The notes under the pieces: model-generated
What the model saw: only the letters and a program-made list of their open reading frames with translations
Databases searched by the model: none
Told to the model about the DNA's origin: nothing
In this document: positions 53,256 through 63,859 of the stretch, in pieces
Position numbering within the stretch: position 1 is the stretch's first letter
How the letters are laid out: every line of letters begins with the position of its first letter
Assembly: GCA_044359815.1 (NCBI GenBank)
Contig: JBIKLL010000002.1
Location: 64,001 to 128,000 of the forward strand
Reading direction: 5' to 3'
From: Pseudobdellovibrionaceae bacterium
GTDB taxonomy: Bacteria; Bdellovibrionota; Bdellovibrionia; Bdellovibrionales; Bdellovibrionaceae
Length of the DNA: 64,000 bases
Made by a program: the position numbers and the translations under genes

Positions 53256-53589
53256 GAAGTCTAAATCTACCCAAAAAACATCTCGCTTTTTTGACAATGA
53301 TAAACAGACAAAACGCTTTTTTCCGGAACCTTGGTTAATGGCGCTTTATCAAAAATCAAAAGCAACAGATTTTGAATTTGCAGTTTCAATCAACCGAACA
53401 CTAGCAAATGCTGTTATACGAAACAGAGTCAAAAGATGGACACGAGAGTTTTTTAGAAAGTGCGAAGGAATCAATGGGTTTAAACTTTTATTGGTCTTTA
53501 AAAAATCAGAACAAAAATTATCACAATTGCAATCAAAACAATATTTCGATGTCTGTCGCAAAATTGCCACCAAAATTGAACCTAAATAG
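53245..53589 (+). CDS. rnpA: Ribonuclease P protein component
   Basis: RNR motif [14 protein letters not shown]; position after rpmH. Confidence 0.85.
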   Translation: MVNKKSKSTQKTSRFFDNDKQTKRFFPEPWLMALYQKSKATDFEFAVSINRTLANAVIRNRVKRWTREFFRKCEGINGFKLLLVFKKSEQKLSQLQSKQYFDVCRKIATKIEPK

Positions 53590-53812
53590 TCTGGGAATTT
53601 TTTTGATAAGAGTTTATCAAAATATTTTTTCAGTGTTTTTTGGTGGTAACTGCAAATTCTATCCATCGTGTTCAAACTATGCTTTAGAGAGTTTTGAAAA
53701 ACACAATTTTTTAAATGCCAGCAAACTTACAGCATTGAGACTAAGCAAATGTCATCCCTTCAGCACAGCAAGCGGTATTGATCTGGTACCAGAAAGCAAT
53801 AATGGAAAATAA
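53549..53812 (+). CDS. yidD: Membrane protein insertion efficiency factor
   Basis: IRVYQ...CKFYPSCSNY...RLSKCHPF. Start uncertain. Confidence 0.9.
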   Translation: MSVAKLPPKLNLNSLGIFLIRVYQNIFSVFFGGNCKFYPSCSNYALESFEKHNFLNASKLTALRLSKCHPFSTASGIDLVPESNNGK

Positions 53813-55424
53813 CAATTCAAACTTTCTAGATTCAAAAACGATCGTTGCGATTTTTATCATGGCTGCGATTTTTATCGGTTGGCAGTACTACATTAAAACT
53901 AAGTATCCTGAAATGTATGTTAAAAAAGACCCAGCAGTTAGTGCTCAGGTAAATACTAACGAAACGCCTGCGACGGCTCAGCCGGCAAATTTAGAAAATC
54001 AAAAACCCACACTAGCGATTGATTCTAAATTACCAGCAAAAGAAGATATAAAAACAATTGAAGGTAAAAACCTTACCTTAAATGTATCAACAATTGGCTT
54101 AGGAATTAAAAACCTTAAGATCAAAAACTACACGGATCGTGACCAGAAAACTATTCAGATGGCAGAGGAAGGAACTGGGGCTCTATTTGAATTGACTGTG
54201 AATAAACCTGAGGAAAAGTTGGCTTTTAAAATTATTGAGTCTTCAGAAAACAAGATTGTAGGGGTTGCTGATTATAAGGGTGCTAAGATTGAACGAACGA
54301 TAACATTTGATGATGCTACCTACAGTTTCAATAACCAGGTAAAGATTGTTAACAACAATAAAGCCATTCTTACTGTGAATTTTAATATAACTGACAAGCT
54401 TGAGGACTTTCCTGCGGGCAGTTTTTTTGCACCAGCACTGGATCATCAAGAGGTAACAGTTAATCATACAGACGTGACAGACAGATTTGCGATTTCAAAT
54501 ATAACTGACCCTGTTATAAAAAACCTACCTACTGCCAGATTACTGGGTGTGGGTACCAGATATTTTGCGGCTGCGATGATCGATAACTCAGAGATATTTC
54601 CAGAAGCTGTAGTGGTGACAGATCTGAAAAATAAAACAGTTCATTCTGCTATGGTGTATTCAATCAATTCAGCAGATGGTGTTGAGTCCGTTTTGAATTT
54701 TAAAACTTTCGCTGGGCCTAAACATCTAGACACACTACAAAAAGATCCTCATTTGCCATTGCTTATTGATCTGGGATTTTTCAGCAGTATTGCAAAATAT
54801 CTGTTGGGACTTTTGAAATGGTTAAATACCTTTGTCAGCAATTGGGGCGTTTCGATTATTTTATTAACCCTGATTGTTCGTTTTATCGTGATGCCATTTA
54901 ATATATTCAGCTATAAATCTATGAAACGCATGCAGTTGGTTCAGCCCCAAATACAACAACTGCGCGAAAGATACAAAGATGATGCAAAAACGTTGAACCA
55001 AGAAATTATGGTTTTAATGAAAGAGCACAAGGTAAATCCACTAGGCGGTTGTTTACCTATGTTGTTACAAATGCCAGTATTTTTTGCTCTTTACCAGGTG
55101 CTTGGGCTCTCAGTGGACTTGTATCATGCACCTTTTATTTTTTGGATCAAAGATCTTAGCACCAAAGATCCCTATTTTGTGTTGCCCATTTTGATGGGTA
55201 TTGCCATGTTTATTCAGCAAAAAATCACACCCCATACAATGGATCCACAGCAAGCTAGAATTATGCAGTTTTTGCCGATTTTATTTTCGTTAATGACCTT
55301 TGGATTACCCAGCGGACTGACGCTGTATATTTTTATCAGTACATTGTTTGGAGTGATTCAACAGCAGATATTTATGAGAGACAGTAGCACACCAGTAAAA
55401 ATTGAAAACAAAGCTCGAGCTTGA
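53802..55424 (+). CDS. yidC: Membrane protein insertase YidC
   Basis: NWGVSII, NPLGGCLPMLLQMPVF, WIKDLS.KDPY and PSGLTLY motifs. Confidence 0.96.
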   Translation: MENNNSNFLDSKTIVAIFIMAAIFIGWQYYIKTKYPEMYVKKDPAVSAQVNTNETPATAQPANLENQKPTLAIDSKLPAKEDIKTIEGKNLTLNVSTIGLGIKNLKIKNYTDRDQKTIQMAEEGTGALFELTVNKPEEKLAFKIIESSENKIVGVADYKGAKIERTITFDDATYSFNNQVKIVNNNKAILTVNFNITDKLEDFPAGSFFAPALDHQEVTVNHTDVTDRFAISNITDPVIKNLPTARLLGVGTRYFAAAMIDNSEIFPEAVVVTDLKNKTVHSAMVYSINSADGVESVLNFKTFAGPKHLDTLQKDPHLPLLIDLGFFSSIAKYLLGLLKWLNTFVSNWGVSIILLTLIVRFIVMPFNIFSYKSMKRMQLVQPQIQQLRERYKDDAKTLNQEIMVLMKEHKVNPLGGCLPMLLQMPVFFALYQVLGLSVDLYHAPFIFWIKDLSTKDPYFVLPILMGIAMFIQQKITPHTMDPQQARIMQFLPILFSLMTFGLPSGLTLYIFISTLFGVIQQQIFMRDSSTPVKIENKARA

Positions 55425-55437
55425 AAGAGAGGAAGAT

Positions 55438-55974
55438 ATGAATTTTTTAAGTAAAATATTTGGAGGAAAAAAGGAAGGGTCAGCAACTGTAGAGCAGTTG
55501 GTTGAGGACACTTTAAACGGAATCATCAATGCTGGGCATTTTGATTTAAAATTTACCCTAGATACTGATGCTGATGGAAATATTAAAATTGAATTAGCTG
55601 GAGATGATGAAGAATTGGTAACCAGTAAAGACGGTCAGATCTTGGAATCAATTCAGCTATTTTTGAAACGTGTTTGTCAGCACAGGTTTCCCGAGGACAA
55701 CACAGAAATAACAATTGATTGTGGTGGTTTTTGGGAAGAATCGAATCAGGCGCTGATCGAATTGGCCGAAAAACTTAAAAACGTTGCTATCGATAAAGGC
55801 CGATCTGTTTATTTTAGAGCGCTTCCGCCAAAGGACAGAAAAGTGATTCATCAATATTTGGCAACTGATGAAAGAGTGAAAAGTCGCTCTGTGGGTGAAG
55901 GATTGTTTAAAAAAATTAAGATTTATCCTGCAAAGGCTCAGCAACAAGAACGTGAAGATGAAGTGCAAGCTTAG
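55438..55974 (+). CDS. jag: Jag/EloR/KhpB RNA-binding protein (KH + R3H)
   Basis: KH-like segment G..LESIQ; R3H DRKVIH and SRSVGEG; located between yidC and mnmE. Confidence 0.85.
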   Translation: MNFLSKIFGGKKEGSATVEQLVEDTLNGIINAGHFDLKFTLDTDADGNIKIELAGDDEELVTSKDGQILESIQLFLKRVCQHRFPEDNTEITIDCGGFWEESNQALIELAEKLKNVAIDKGRSVYFRALPPKDRKVIHQYLATDERVKSRSVGEGLFKKIKIYPAKAQQQEREDEVQA

Positions 55975-55979
55975 TTCCT

Positions 55980-57368
55980 ATGATTTTATTTGGCAAAGAT
56001 CGAACAAACACTACTATCTGTGCCTTAGCGTCTGCTGAGGGTGCTGCGGGAATTTCGGTTATCCGGATTTCCGGTAGTGATTGTTTATCAATTGTCAGAA
56101 AGTCAGCCCGGTTTTTACCTGAAAATTTAGCCAGCCATACAATTTATTTTGGAACTTTTATTGACCCCTCATCAGATGAACTTGTTGATGAAGTTTTGAT
56201 AAGTTTTTTTGCTAACAAGAAATCTTATACTGGTGAAGAAACGATTGAAATTTCCTGTCATGGAAGTCCCATCATTGTTGATAAGATTTTAGAGATTCTG
56301 TGCAGAGCTGGTTGTAAAGTGGCCTTGAATGGCGAATTTACTTACAGAGCTTTTCTGAATGGTAAAATTGATTTGGTAAAGGCCGAAAGTATTTTGGGAC
56401 TGATTCACAGTTCTACTGAGGCTTCAGCAAAAGCAAATTTGAATCTGCTTAAGGGATCTCTATCCAACAGAATCAAGCATCTTGAAAATTCTGTGTTAGA
56501 AGTTTTGGCTCATATAGAAGCTGATATTGATTTTTCCACCGAGAATTTAAATACTTTTGAACCACAACAGATTGTTGAGAGGCTTCAGAATATAATCGAC
56601 GAGATTACAAAAATTTGTTTCAGTTTTGAACAAGGTAAAGTTGTAACAAAAGGCATATCGGTGGCGATTTGTGGTAAACCCAATGTAGGTAAATCATCAT
56701 TGTTTAATTGTTTGTTGGATGAAGACAGGGCATTGGTTTCTGAGTTTGCCGGAACAACCAGGGACTCAATTGACAGTTCAATAATCATAAATGGTATTCA
56801 AGTTAGGTTAATAGACACAGCTGGAGTCAGGGACACAGATGATTTTGTTGAGTCTATGGGTATTGAGAAGACCAAAGAAGTAGCAGCAAAAGCTGATTAC
56901 ATTTTCTATGTGGTTTCACCAGAGTTGGAAAGTTTTGAAGCTGATGTAAAGTATCTGGAAGGTTATTCAGATAAAAAAATTGTGTTGATTCTGAATAAAG
57001 CAGATTTAATGGATTCAGCGGGAGATTTTGCGAAAAATGTTTTAAAGCAACAGTTTCGTAACGATGTCTTGATTGCTAGCTCTAAGAATCGCGATGTTTT
57101 TTCTGTGATTGAATTTTTAAAAAATGAACTTGGCCAAGAAACTGTTCAAAAAGATGTTGTTATAACAAATCATCGTCAGTTTGAATCATTGGATAGCGCA
57201 TTGAGGGCGGTCGCCAAAGCGACTGAGAATTTGAAGGACGGTTACGGTGCCGAAGTTGCTTCACTGGATTTAAAGGACGCTTATCTGCATTTACAGAATG
57301 TTGTGGGTTCGTCTTACGATGACCAAGTTATCGATAAGATTTTCAAGGAGTTTTGCCTTGGAAAATAA
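55980..57368 (+). CDS. mnmE: tRNA modification GTPase MnmE
   Basis: [22 protein letters not shown] and C-terminal FCLGK. Confidence 0.96.
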   Translation: MILFGKDRTNTTICALASAEGAAGISVIRISGSDCLSIVRKSARFLPENLASHTIYFGTFIDPSSDELVDEVLISFFANKKSYTGEETIEISCHGSPIIVDKILEILCRAGCKVALNGEFTYRAFLNGKIDLVKAESILGLIHSSTEASAKANLNLLKGSLSNRIKHLENSVLEVLAHIEADIDFSTENLNTFEPQQIVERLQNIIDEITKICFSFEQGKVVTKGISVAICGKPNVGKSSLFNCLLDEDRALVSEFAGTTRDSIDSSIIINGIQVRLIDTAGVRDTDDFVESMGIEKTKEVAAKADYIFYVVSPELESFEADVKYLEGYSDKKIVLILNKADLMDSAGDFAKNVLKQQFRNDVLIASSKNRDVFSVIEFLKNELGQETVQKDVVITNHRQFESLDSALRAVAKATENLKDGYGAEVASLDLKDAYLHLQNVVGSSYDDQVIDKIFKEFCLGK

Positions 57369-59241
57369 TTTTGATGTTGTAGTTATTGGTTTAGGTCATG
57401 CAGGTATTGAGGCAGCAAATTCATGCGCTAAACTGGGAATGAATGTTTTAGCGGTGACGTCGAATATTAATCGTATTGGATATATGAGTTGCAATCCTTC
57501 AATAGGTGGATTGGCAAAGGGTCACATGGTCAGGGAAGTCGATGTTTTAGGTGGAGTGATGGGGCAGATAGCTGACGCCACCTGCATTCAGTTTAAAAGA
57601 TTAAATTCCAGAAAGGGTCCGGCTGTCAGAGGATCACGGGCTCAATGTGATAAGGTTCAGTACGCTAAGACAGCTCAGGAAAAATTAGGTAAATTAGAAA
57701 AGTTAAAAATCATCGAAGGTGAAGTTACAAAACTGTTGATTGAAACAAACAGAATCTATGGCATCGAACTCAAGGATGGCAGTCGGATTTTAGCTTCTGC
57801 CGTTGTTGTCACCACGGGAACGTTTATGAACGGTGTTATGCATATGGGTTTGAATGCTGTTTCAGGTGGTCGCGCGGGTGATAAAGCAACTAAAGGAATT
57901 TCTGATCAATTAGTATCAATGGGGTTTAATGTTCGACGTTTGAAAACTGGAACTCCTGCGCGATTGCGATCAGGCAGTATCGATTTTTCAAAAACTGTTG
58001 CTCAGTATGGAGATAATAAATTTTTTCCTTTCAGCGCCAGTTCAAACGATAAGCTGATTTTGCCTCAGATTGCTTGTTATTTATCCAGAACAACAGAACA
58101 GACCCATGATATTATTCGTAAAAATATTCATTTATCCCCGATGTATTGCGGGATTATTGAGGGTACAGGTCCTCGTTACTGCCCATCAATCGAAGATAAG
58201 ATCAGTCGTTTTAAAGATCGTGATTCACATCAAACGTTTTTGGAACCTGAGAGCCTATCCACAGATCAGATATATTTGCAGGGCATTTCAACCAGTTTGC
58301 CTGAAGATGTTCAGCTACAGTTTTTAAAAACTATTCCGGGCTTAGAAAACGTAGAAGTTATTAGATACGGTTACGCTGTCGAATATGATTTTATTGAACC
58401 CACTCAAATAAAGCATTCTTTGGAAACCCGAGGTATTGCAGGTTTATTTTTGGCGGGACAAATTAACGGGACTTCTGGATATGAAGAGGCCGCTGCTCAG
58501 GGTTTGATTGCTGGAATAAACGCAGTTCATTTTATTAAGCAGATTGATCCTTTGATCTTGTCTAGATCGCAAGCTTACATTGGAGTATTAATAGATGACT
58601 TGGTTACAAAGGGAACTTTGGAACCTTATCGAATGTTTACATCCAGAGCAGAACATAGACTAGTTTTACGAGAAGATAATACATTTAGTAGGTTAAGTGA
58701 TATTAGCACCTCGCTTGGTTTATTGGAAAATCAAGTTTTAGATAGGCTAAGGAAGCAAGATTCTGACAAAATTGCAGCATTGAAGACAATGAACGAAAAC
58801 AGTGTATACCCGGTTAAGGAAACTCAAGATAAATTAGTCCAGATGGGGTCTACAGTTTTACTAAAACCTTTTAAATTAAATGAGTTATTACGAAGACCTG
58901 AGATTAATTGTTTTGATTTAAATGAGCTTGGATTTGATTTTTCCAAGTTTGATCCTTGGGCTCTGGAAGCTGCTGAAGTAGAGGTCAAATATCAGGGTTA
59001 CATAAAAAAGCAGTACGAGTTGATTAAGTTAATGGAAAGTTTTGAAGAGTTTCTGATTCCTGTAGAGTTTGATTTTGATTCCGTAAAAGGATTGTCAAAT
59101 GAAGAGAAAGAGAAATTGAAGTCTAAAAAGCCTAGGACTATTGGGCAGGCTCAACGCATAAGTGGTGTAAATCCATCTGGAATTCAGGCAATAATAATAA
59201 GGTTAAAGGGATCAAAAAGTTTCGCACAAAATTATTGTTGA
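57358..59241 (+). CDS. mnmG: tRNA uridine-5-carboxymethylaminomethyl synthesis enzyme MnmG (GidA)
   Basis: [28 protein letters not shown] and [15 protein letters not shown] start at 57358 after AAGGAG. Confidence 0.96.
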   Translation: MENNFDVVVIGLGHAGIEAANSCAKLGMNVLAVTSNINRIGYMSCNPSIGGLAKGHMVREVDVLGGVMGQIADATCIQFKRLNSRKGPAVRGSRAQCDKVQYAKTAQEKLGKLEKLKIIEGEVTKLLIETNRIYGIELKDGSRILASAVVVTTGTFMNGVMHMGLNAVSGGRAGDKATKGISDQLVSMGFNVRRLKTGTPARLRSGSIDFSKTVAQYGDNKFFPFSASSNDKLILPQIACYLSRTTEQTHDIIRKNIHLSPMYCGIIEGTGPRYCPSIEDKISRFKDRDSHQTFLEPESLSTDQIYLQGISTSLPEDVQLQFLKTIPGLENVEVIRYGYAVEYDFIEPTQIKHSLETRGIAGLFLAGQINGTSGYEEAAAQGLIAGINAVHFIKQIDPLILSRSQAYIGVLIDDLVTKGTLEPYRMFTSRAEHRLVLREDNTFSRLSDISTSLGLLENQVLDRLRKQDSDKIAALKTMNENSVYPVKETQDKLVQMGSTVLLKPFKLNELLRRPEINCFDLNELGFDFSKFDPWALEAAEVEVKYQGYIKKQYELIKLMESFEEFLIPVEFDFDSVKGLSNEEKEKLKSKKPRTIGQAQRISGVNPSGIQAIIIRLKGSKSFAQNYC

Positions 59242-59253
59242 TAGGATTGCACA

Positions 59254-59922
59254 ATGCCTGCAGAAGCAGATGCCAGTTTAGGCAACGGTATTCATTGGAG
59301 ATTGCCTGAGTGGTTTCCTAGTTTAAATTCGACACAATTGGGATTATTGAAGCAATATTTTCAGGAGCTGATTAAATTTAATAAGACGATAAATTTAGTG
59401 AGTTCTAAAACAATTCCATTTGCTGATGTGATTCATTTTGCGGACTGTATTGAAGCGTCGAAGTTAATATTTGAGAAATATCAACCGACTGAAGTCTGGG
59501 ATTTTGGCTCAGGCAATGGATTTCCTGGAATTGTATTTGCGATTTTGCAACCTAATATAAGATTTGTGTTACTGGACAGTGATGTTCGAAAAACTGAGTT
59601 TCTAAAAACTGTGGTTCAGAACCTTGGGTTAAAGAATGTCGAGGTTAAAGCCGGTTCAATTGAAAATCTAAAAGATGGTACCGTTAAGTTTTGTGTATCA
59701 AGAGGTTTGTCTGTTTTATCAAAAGCAATATTGCAAGCACGTAAGGTAGTTCCAAAGGGCGGAATATATTGTCACCTGAAAAGTGAAGAGTGGGGAAAAG
59801 AGATTGCTGATATACCTACTCAGCTTTGTTCATTCTGGTCACCAGGATTACTTGGTGAGTATCGACTACCCATTGGTGAAGTTAAGTTTTCTGTAGTGAT
59901 TACAGAGAGATTGAGTAATTGA
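59254..59922 (+). CDS. rsmG: 16S rRNA G527 methyltransferase RsmG (GidB)
   Basis: NKTINL, HFADC and DFGSGNGFPG motifs. Confidence 0.93.
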   Translation: MPAEADASLGNGIHWRLPEWFPSLNSTQLGLLKQYFQELIKFNKTINLVSSKTIPFADVIHFADCIEASKLIFEKYQPTEVWDFGSGNGFPGIVFAILQPNIRFVLLDSDVRKTEFLKTVVQNLGLKNVEVKAGSIENLKDGTVKFCVSRGLSVLSKAILQARKVVPKGGIYCHLKSEEWGKEIADIPTQLCSFWSPGLLGEYRLPIGEVKFSVVITERLSN

Positions 59923-60048
59923 GTATCCATGACTACTCAATATTTGAGTAGGGAAAAAATACCTATTCAAAAGCTTATTTAAAGTATTCAAACGAGAATA
60001 ATCATAGATATCCATGATGAGAATTTAGTTATTCAATAGAGTATTCAG
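59911..60048. repeat. Cluster of TAYTCAA heptamers including palindrome CTACTCAA-TAT-TTGAGTAG
   Basis: Copies start at 59911, 59919, 59934, 59944, 59964, 59985 and 60030; near-copies at 59976 and 60042. Confidence 0.6.
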
Positions 60049-60075
60049 AGTTTGTTTTCAGTTAATTTGGAATTC

Positions 60076-60558
60076 TTAGCGACTCTTTGATTTGGTATCT
60101 TTTGATTCTGAAAGTTCTTGAATTCTTTTTTTAACATTCCAGCTTCTGGATGTATTTTCAAGTTTCTGCTGATTTTTATACATTACGTATTCATTGGGAT
60201 CTGGCCATGGCTTTCCCGATGCAAATGCTTTCATATACTCTGTTCTAGCGTGAATTTTTCTGCTTTCCTTTCTAACTTCCCAGTATTTTTTAAGTTGATT
60301 CAACTTTTCTATTCTGTTTTTTGATTCCCATATTCTTTTTTGTGCAAATTTAATTTGCCCTGTTTGGGGAACCACATTCTCAAAACTGGTTTGATTCTCT
60401 GTTAGTTTTGCCTTTTCAGCTGTTATTTCTGCATCAACACTAGCTACTTGAGATTGGATGTTGGCATAGATCGGATCTAATGTTTCAGGATTTGGGTTTG
60501 GCTTGTTACAGCCAACTGCCGATACTATAATAAGTAAGAATAAAATTTTATGCGCCAT
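60076..60558 (-). CDS. Hypothetical coiled-coil lipoprotein
   Basis: MAHKILFLLIIVSAVGC lipobox; ATG at 60558. Confidence 0.75.
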   Translation of the reverse strand: MAHKILFLLIIVSAVGCNKPNPNPETLDPIYANIQSQVASVDAEITAEKAKLTENQTSFENVVPQTGQIKFAQKRIWESKNRIEKLNQLKKYWEVRKESRKIHARTEYMKAFASGKPWPDPNEYVMYKNQQKLENTSRSWNVKKRIQELSESKDTKSKSR

Positions 60559-60573
60559 GTTCCACGTGGAACA
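60558..60573. promoter_or_regulatory. parS centromere site (ParB binding)
   Basis: TGTTCCACGTGGAACA, a perfect match to the parS consensus, 73 bp upstream of parA. Confidence 0.95.
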
Positions 60574-60646
60574 TCGGAATTTTCCAATAAAAACTTGAAT
60601 TATAAATTTTATAGAGCCATACATATATGAAGAAGGAAAAATCATC

Positions 60647-61465
60647 ATGGCAAAAACAATATGTATAGCCAACCAGAAAGGTGGAGTCGGAAAAACGACT
60701 ACATCTGTAAACTTAGCAGCTGCTCTTTCTGAAAATGGCAAAAAAGTTTTATTGGTCGATATGGATCCCCAGGGCAACGCATCCAGCGGACTTGGGATCA
60801 AAAGACATGTAGTTCAAGAATCCAATGTCTATCATGTTCTTATTGGCGAAAGATCAATAGATGAAATCTTGCAAAAACCCACTGAAAATGAATTATATGT
60901 TGCTCCAGCGAATCCAGACTTAGTAGGCGCAGAGATTGAATTAGTAGAAATGTCACAGAGAGAATACAGATTAAGAGCTGCGATTGAATCGATATCAGAC
61001 AGATTTGACTATATATTGATAGATTGTCCGCCATCTTTAGGTCTTTTGACACTTAATTCACTTTCGGCAGCAGATTCTTTCCTAGTTCCTTTGCAATGCG
61101 AGTACTTTGCCTTGGAAGGACTGTCTCAACTATTAAATACTGCTGGATTAGTTAAAAAGAATTTTAATCCAAAACTGCACATTGAGGGAATCGTTCTAAC
61201 AATGTTTGATTCCAGAAATAATTTAAGCCATCAAGTGGTAGAGGAAATCCGAAGTCATTTTAAAGAAAAAGTCTTTACCTCTATTATCCCCAGGAACGTC
61301 AGATTGTCAGAAGCCCCAAGTCACGGACTATCAATATTAGCTTATGATCCTAAATCAATTGGAGCGGTTAAGTATCTGGAATTGGCTAAAGAGCTGTTGG
61401 AAAGAGATTCTGCACTGCAAAACAAGGAAAACAATATTTTAACAGAGGACAATTTAAATGTCTGA
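60647..61465 (+). CDS. parA: Chromosome partitioning ATPase ParA/Soj
   Basis: NQKGGVGKTT, DMDPQGN, DCPPSLG and PRNVRLSEAPSHG motifs. Confidence 0.96.
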   Translation: MAKTICIANQKGGVGKTTTSVNLAAALSENGKKVLLVDMDPQGNASSGLGIKRHVVQESNVYHVLIGERSIDEILQKPTENELYVAPANPDLVGAEIELVEMSQREYRLRAAIESISDRFDYILIDCPPSLGLLTLNSLSAADSFLVPLQCEYFALEGLSQLLNTAGLVKKNFNPKLHIEGIVLTMFDSRNNLSHQVVEEIRSHFKEKVFTSIIPRNVRLSEAPSHGLSILAYDPKSIGAVKYLELAKELLERDSALQNKENNILTEDNLNV

Positions 61466-62414
61466 ATTATCTAAAGAATTATCAAACAAAAAATCAAGAC
61501 TTGGCAGAGGGTTAGGATCTTTGCTGGGAGCAAACGCTGAAATTGAAGAAACCAATACTGTTTCAGCACCACAACCTAAAACAACTTTGCCTGAGCCACA
61601 ACCAACTAAGGTCGCAGAAATCAAAGATGACAGCAAAGTTTGGCAAGTAGCCATAGAAAAGCTGATCCCTGGAAAAAGCCAGCCAAGGACTAATTTTGAT
61701 AAAGAAGCACTGACAGAGTTAGCGGATTCAATAAAACAACAAGGTATTTTGCAGCCCATTTTAGTCAAAAAAAATTCAGAAGGAAAATTTGAAATTATCG
61801 CTGGTGAAAGGCGATGGAGAGCTGCTCAATTAGCAGGATTGTTTGAAGTTCCAGTCTTGGTAAAAGAACTGACAGACAAGCAAAGTCTTGAAATAGCAGT
61901 CATCGAAAACATCCAAAGGGAAGATCTTAATCCGATAGAAGAAGCATTAGCCTATCAAAGGTTAATTCAGGAGTTTACCCTGACTCAGGCTGAGGTTTCT
62001 GAACGAGTAGGTAAAGACAGAGTTACAATAACAAATGCCCTAAGGCTTTTAAATTTATCACCTTTGTCTAAACAAATGCTGATTGAAAAGCAACTTTCAG
62101 CAGGTCACGCTAAGGTTTTATTGGCTCTAGAAGATCATGATTTACTGGATAATTTAGCAAAACAAACAGTGAAAAATGGCTGGAGTGTGAGAAAACTGGA
62201 AAATGAAGTTAAATCAGCTAAAGCACCGAAATCAATAGAGTCTATAAAAACAAATACAACGACAACAATCCTGATTGATAAAATAAAAGACGATTTACAA
62301 AAAACTGCCGGCACCAAAGTAGATATTGAATACAAAGACGGCAAAGGCAGTATAAAAATACACTTTTATAACAATGAAGAACTTAACAAGATCGTCGAAT
62401 TGATTAAAAGGTAA
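61458..62414 (+). CDS. parB: Chromosome partitioning protein ParB/Spo0J
   Basis: LGRGL, QPR, AGERRWRA, ENIQREDL and HTH. Confidence 0.96.
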   Translation: MSELSKELSNKKSRLGRGLGSLLGANAEIEETNTVSAPQPKTTLPEPQPTKVAEIKDDSKVWQVAIEKLIPGKSQPRTNFDKEALTELADSIKQQGILQPILVKKNSEGKFEIIAGERRWRAAQLAGLFEVPVLVKELTDKQSLEIAVIENIQREDLNPIEEALAYQRLIQEFTLTQAEVSERVGKDRVTITNALRLLNLSPLSKQMLIEKQLSAGHAKVLLALEDHDLLDNLAKQTVKNGWSVRKLENEVKSAKAPKSIESIKTNTTTTILIDKIKDDLQKTAGTKVDIEYKDGKGSIKIHFYNNEELNKIVELIKR

Positions 62415-62416
62415 AA

Positions 62417-62773
62417 ATGGAACTACTAAAACCAGAAGAATCCAAAACATCAAATGCGGTAACAATTATCCTAGACAAAGGTTCAAGTTTCGAAGGCAAG
62501 CTGACCTTTGAAGGAACGGCGCAAATCGGTGGAGAATTTCGTGGTGAGATATTTACTAAAGATACTTTAGTTATAAATCGAGATTCAGTGGTTCAAGCTC
62601 AGATTGAAGCAGACACAATCATTCTAAGTGGAAATGTTGAGGGAAACCTTTTTGCGAGGTCGCGCGTCATCATGCATCCACCTGCTATTTTTAAAGGCAC
62701 AGTTACTACGCCCAGTTTGAAAATTGAAGAAGGCGTAGTTTTTGAAGGTGCTTCATACATGCCAAAGGGTTAA
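62417..62773 (+). CDS. Bactofilin (polymer-forming cytoskeletal protein)
   Basis: Beta-helix repeats FEGKL...GEF.GEI...GNVEGNL...L.IEEGVVFEG. Confidence 0.88.
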   Translation: MELLKPEESKTSNAVTIILDKGSSFEGKLTFEGTAQIGGEFRGEIFTKDTLVINRDSVVQAQIEADTIILSGNVEGNLFARSRVIMHPPAIFKGTVTTPSLKIEEGVVFEGASYMPKG

Positions 62774-62843
62774 AAATCTTGACCTGTTTTTATTTTCAAT
62801 GGTACCCAAGCCGAAATAAATCAATCAGCTGGGACATTTTCAA

Positions 62844-63278
62844 ATGGATACTCTACAGTCTCTTGGTGTTAACGAGACCATAATATATCAGTTCGTAATT
62901 TTCGCGTTTTCGCTAATTGGATTGTCATCAATTGCGTTCAAACCTTACGTTGAAGCCCTGAAATTAAGAGAATCAAAAACAAAGGGCATGGAAGAACTGG
63001 CAGAAGAAATTCAAAAACAAGCAGCTGATCTAAAACATCAATATGAACAAGAAGCTCGACGTGTTTCAGGAACGGTAAAAACAATTTTTGATGATTACCG
63101 AGATCAAGCCAACAAGGAAGCTCAATCCATTTTAATGCAAGCAAGAGAACAAGCGCAAAAATTGATTTCGCAAAATAAAGAAAAAGTCAGTATCGAAATT
63201 TCCGAAGCAACTAAGAAACTAAAAGCTGAAGTTCCTCAAATGGCACAACTGATAACACAGAAATTGTTAATGAAATGA
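62844..63278 (+). CDS. ATP synthase F0 subunit b'
   Basis: N-terminal TM helix, FKPY, then coiled coil; upstream of atpF. Confidence 0.85.
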   Translation: MDTLQSLGVNETIIYQFVIFAFSLIGLSSIAFKPYVEALKLRESKTKGMEELAEEIQKQAADLKHQYEQEARRVSGTVKTIFDDYRDQANKEAQSILMQAREQAQKLISQNKEKVSIEISEATKKLKAEVPQMAQLITQKLLMK

Positions 63279-63859
63279 AAAAAGAAATCAAAATTTTATT
63301 CTATTTATTTTTAATACTTTTTGGAATGATTGCGGTCACTGAAAATGTATTCGCAGCAGGTGGAGCCCATTCAGAAGGAATTCCATATAAAACAATAATG
63401 TTTCAAGCTATCAATTTATCAATGCTGGTAGGTTTGTTGGTTTACTTACTTAAAAAACCTTTGAAACTGTTTTTTACCGAAAAAAAGCAAAACTTTTTAA
63501 AAGCGGCAGAAAAAGCAGAACAAATTCAAAAAATAGCTGAGCAAGAACATCTGCAGATAAAAGTAAGATTGACCAAATTACAAAGTACCTCTGATGAATC
63601 CATTGCTAAAGCCAGAGCAGAAGCCAGTGATTTAAAAAAACAATTAATAGCAGAGGCACAGGCTACTGCTAAACGTGTAGAACTAGAAACGAAAACTACC
63701 ATTGAATTAGAATTAACAAAAGCGAAGCAGCAGCTAAGGGAACAATTAATCCAAGAAGCTATTTTGCTTTCAAGATCCAGCATCTCATCAAAAGTCAGCG
63801 TAGAAGATCACAAAAGACTTGAAGGTGATTTCATTAAAAATATTGGAGTGTTAAACTGA
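63275..63859 (+). CDS. atpF: ATP synthase F0 subunit b
   Basis: Signal-like extension, FQAINL TM helix, KKPL and coiled coil. Confidence 0.88.
   Translation: MKKEIKILFYLFLILFGMIAVTENVFAAGGAHSEGIPYKTIMFQAINLSMLVGLLVYLLKKPLKLFFTEKKQNFLKAAEKAEQIQKIAEQEHLQIKVRLTKLQSTSDESIAKARAEASDLKKQLIAEAQATAKRVELETKTTIELELTKAKQQLREQLIQEAILLSRSSISSKVSVEDHKRLEGDFIKNIGVLN

Noticed and set aside
53245..53589. rnpA as a pseudogene because of its divergent N-terminus
   Set aside because: The ORF is intact, of normal length, and keeps the RNR motif; RnpA is known to diverge quickly.
60559..60801. N-terminal extension of the 241-aa minus ORF
   Set aside because: Antisense to the parA Walker A region; the lipoprotein signal starts at ATG 60558.
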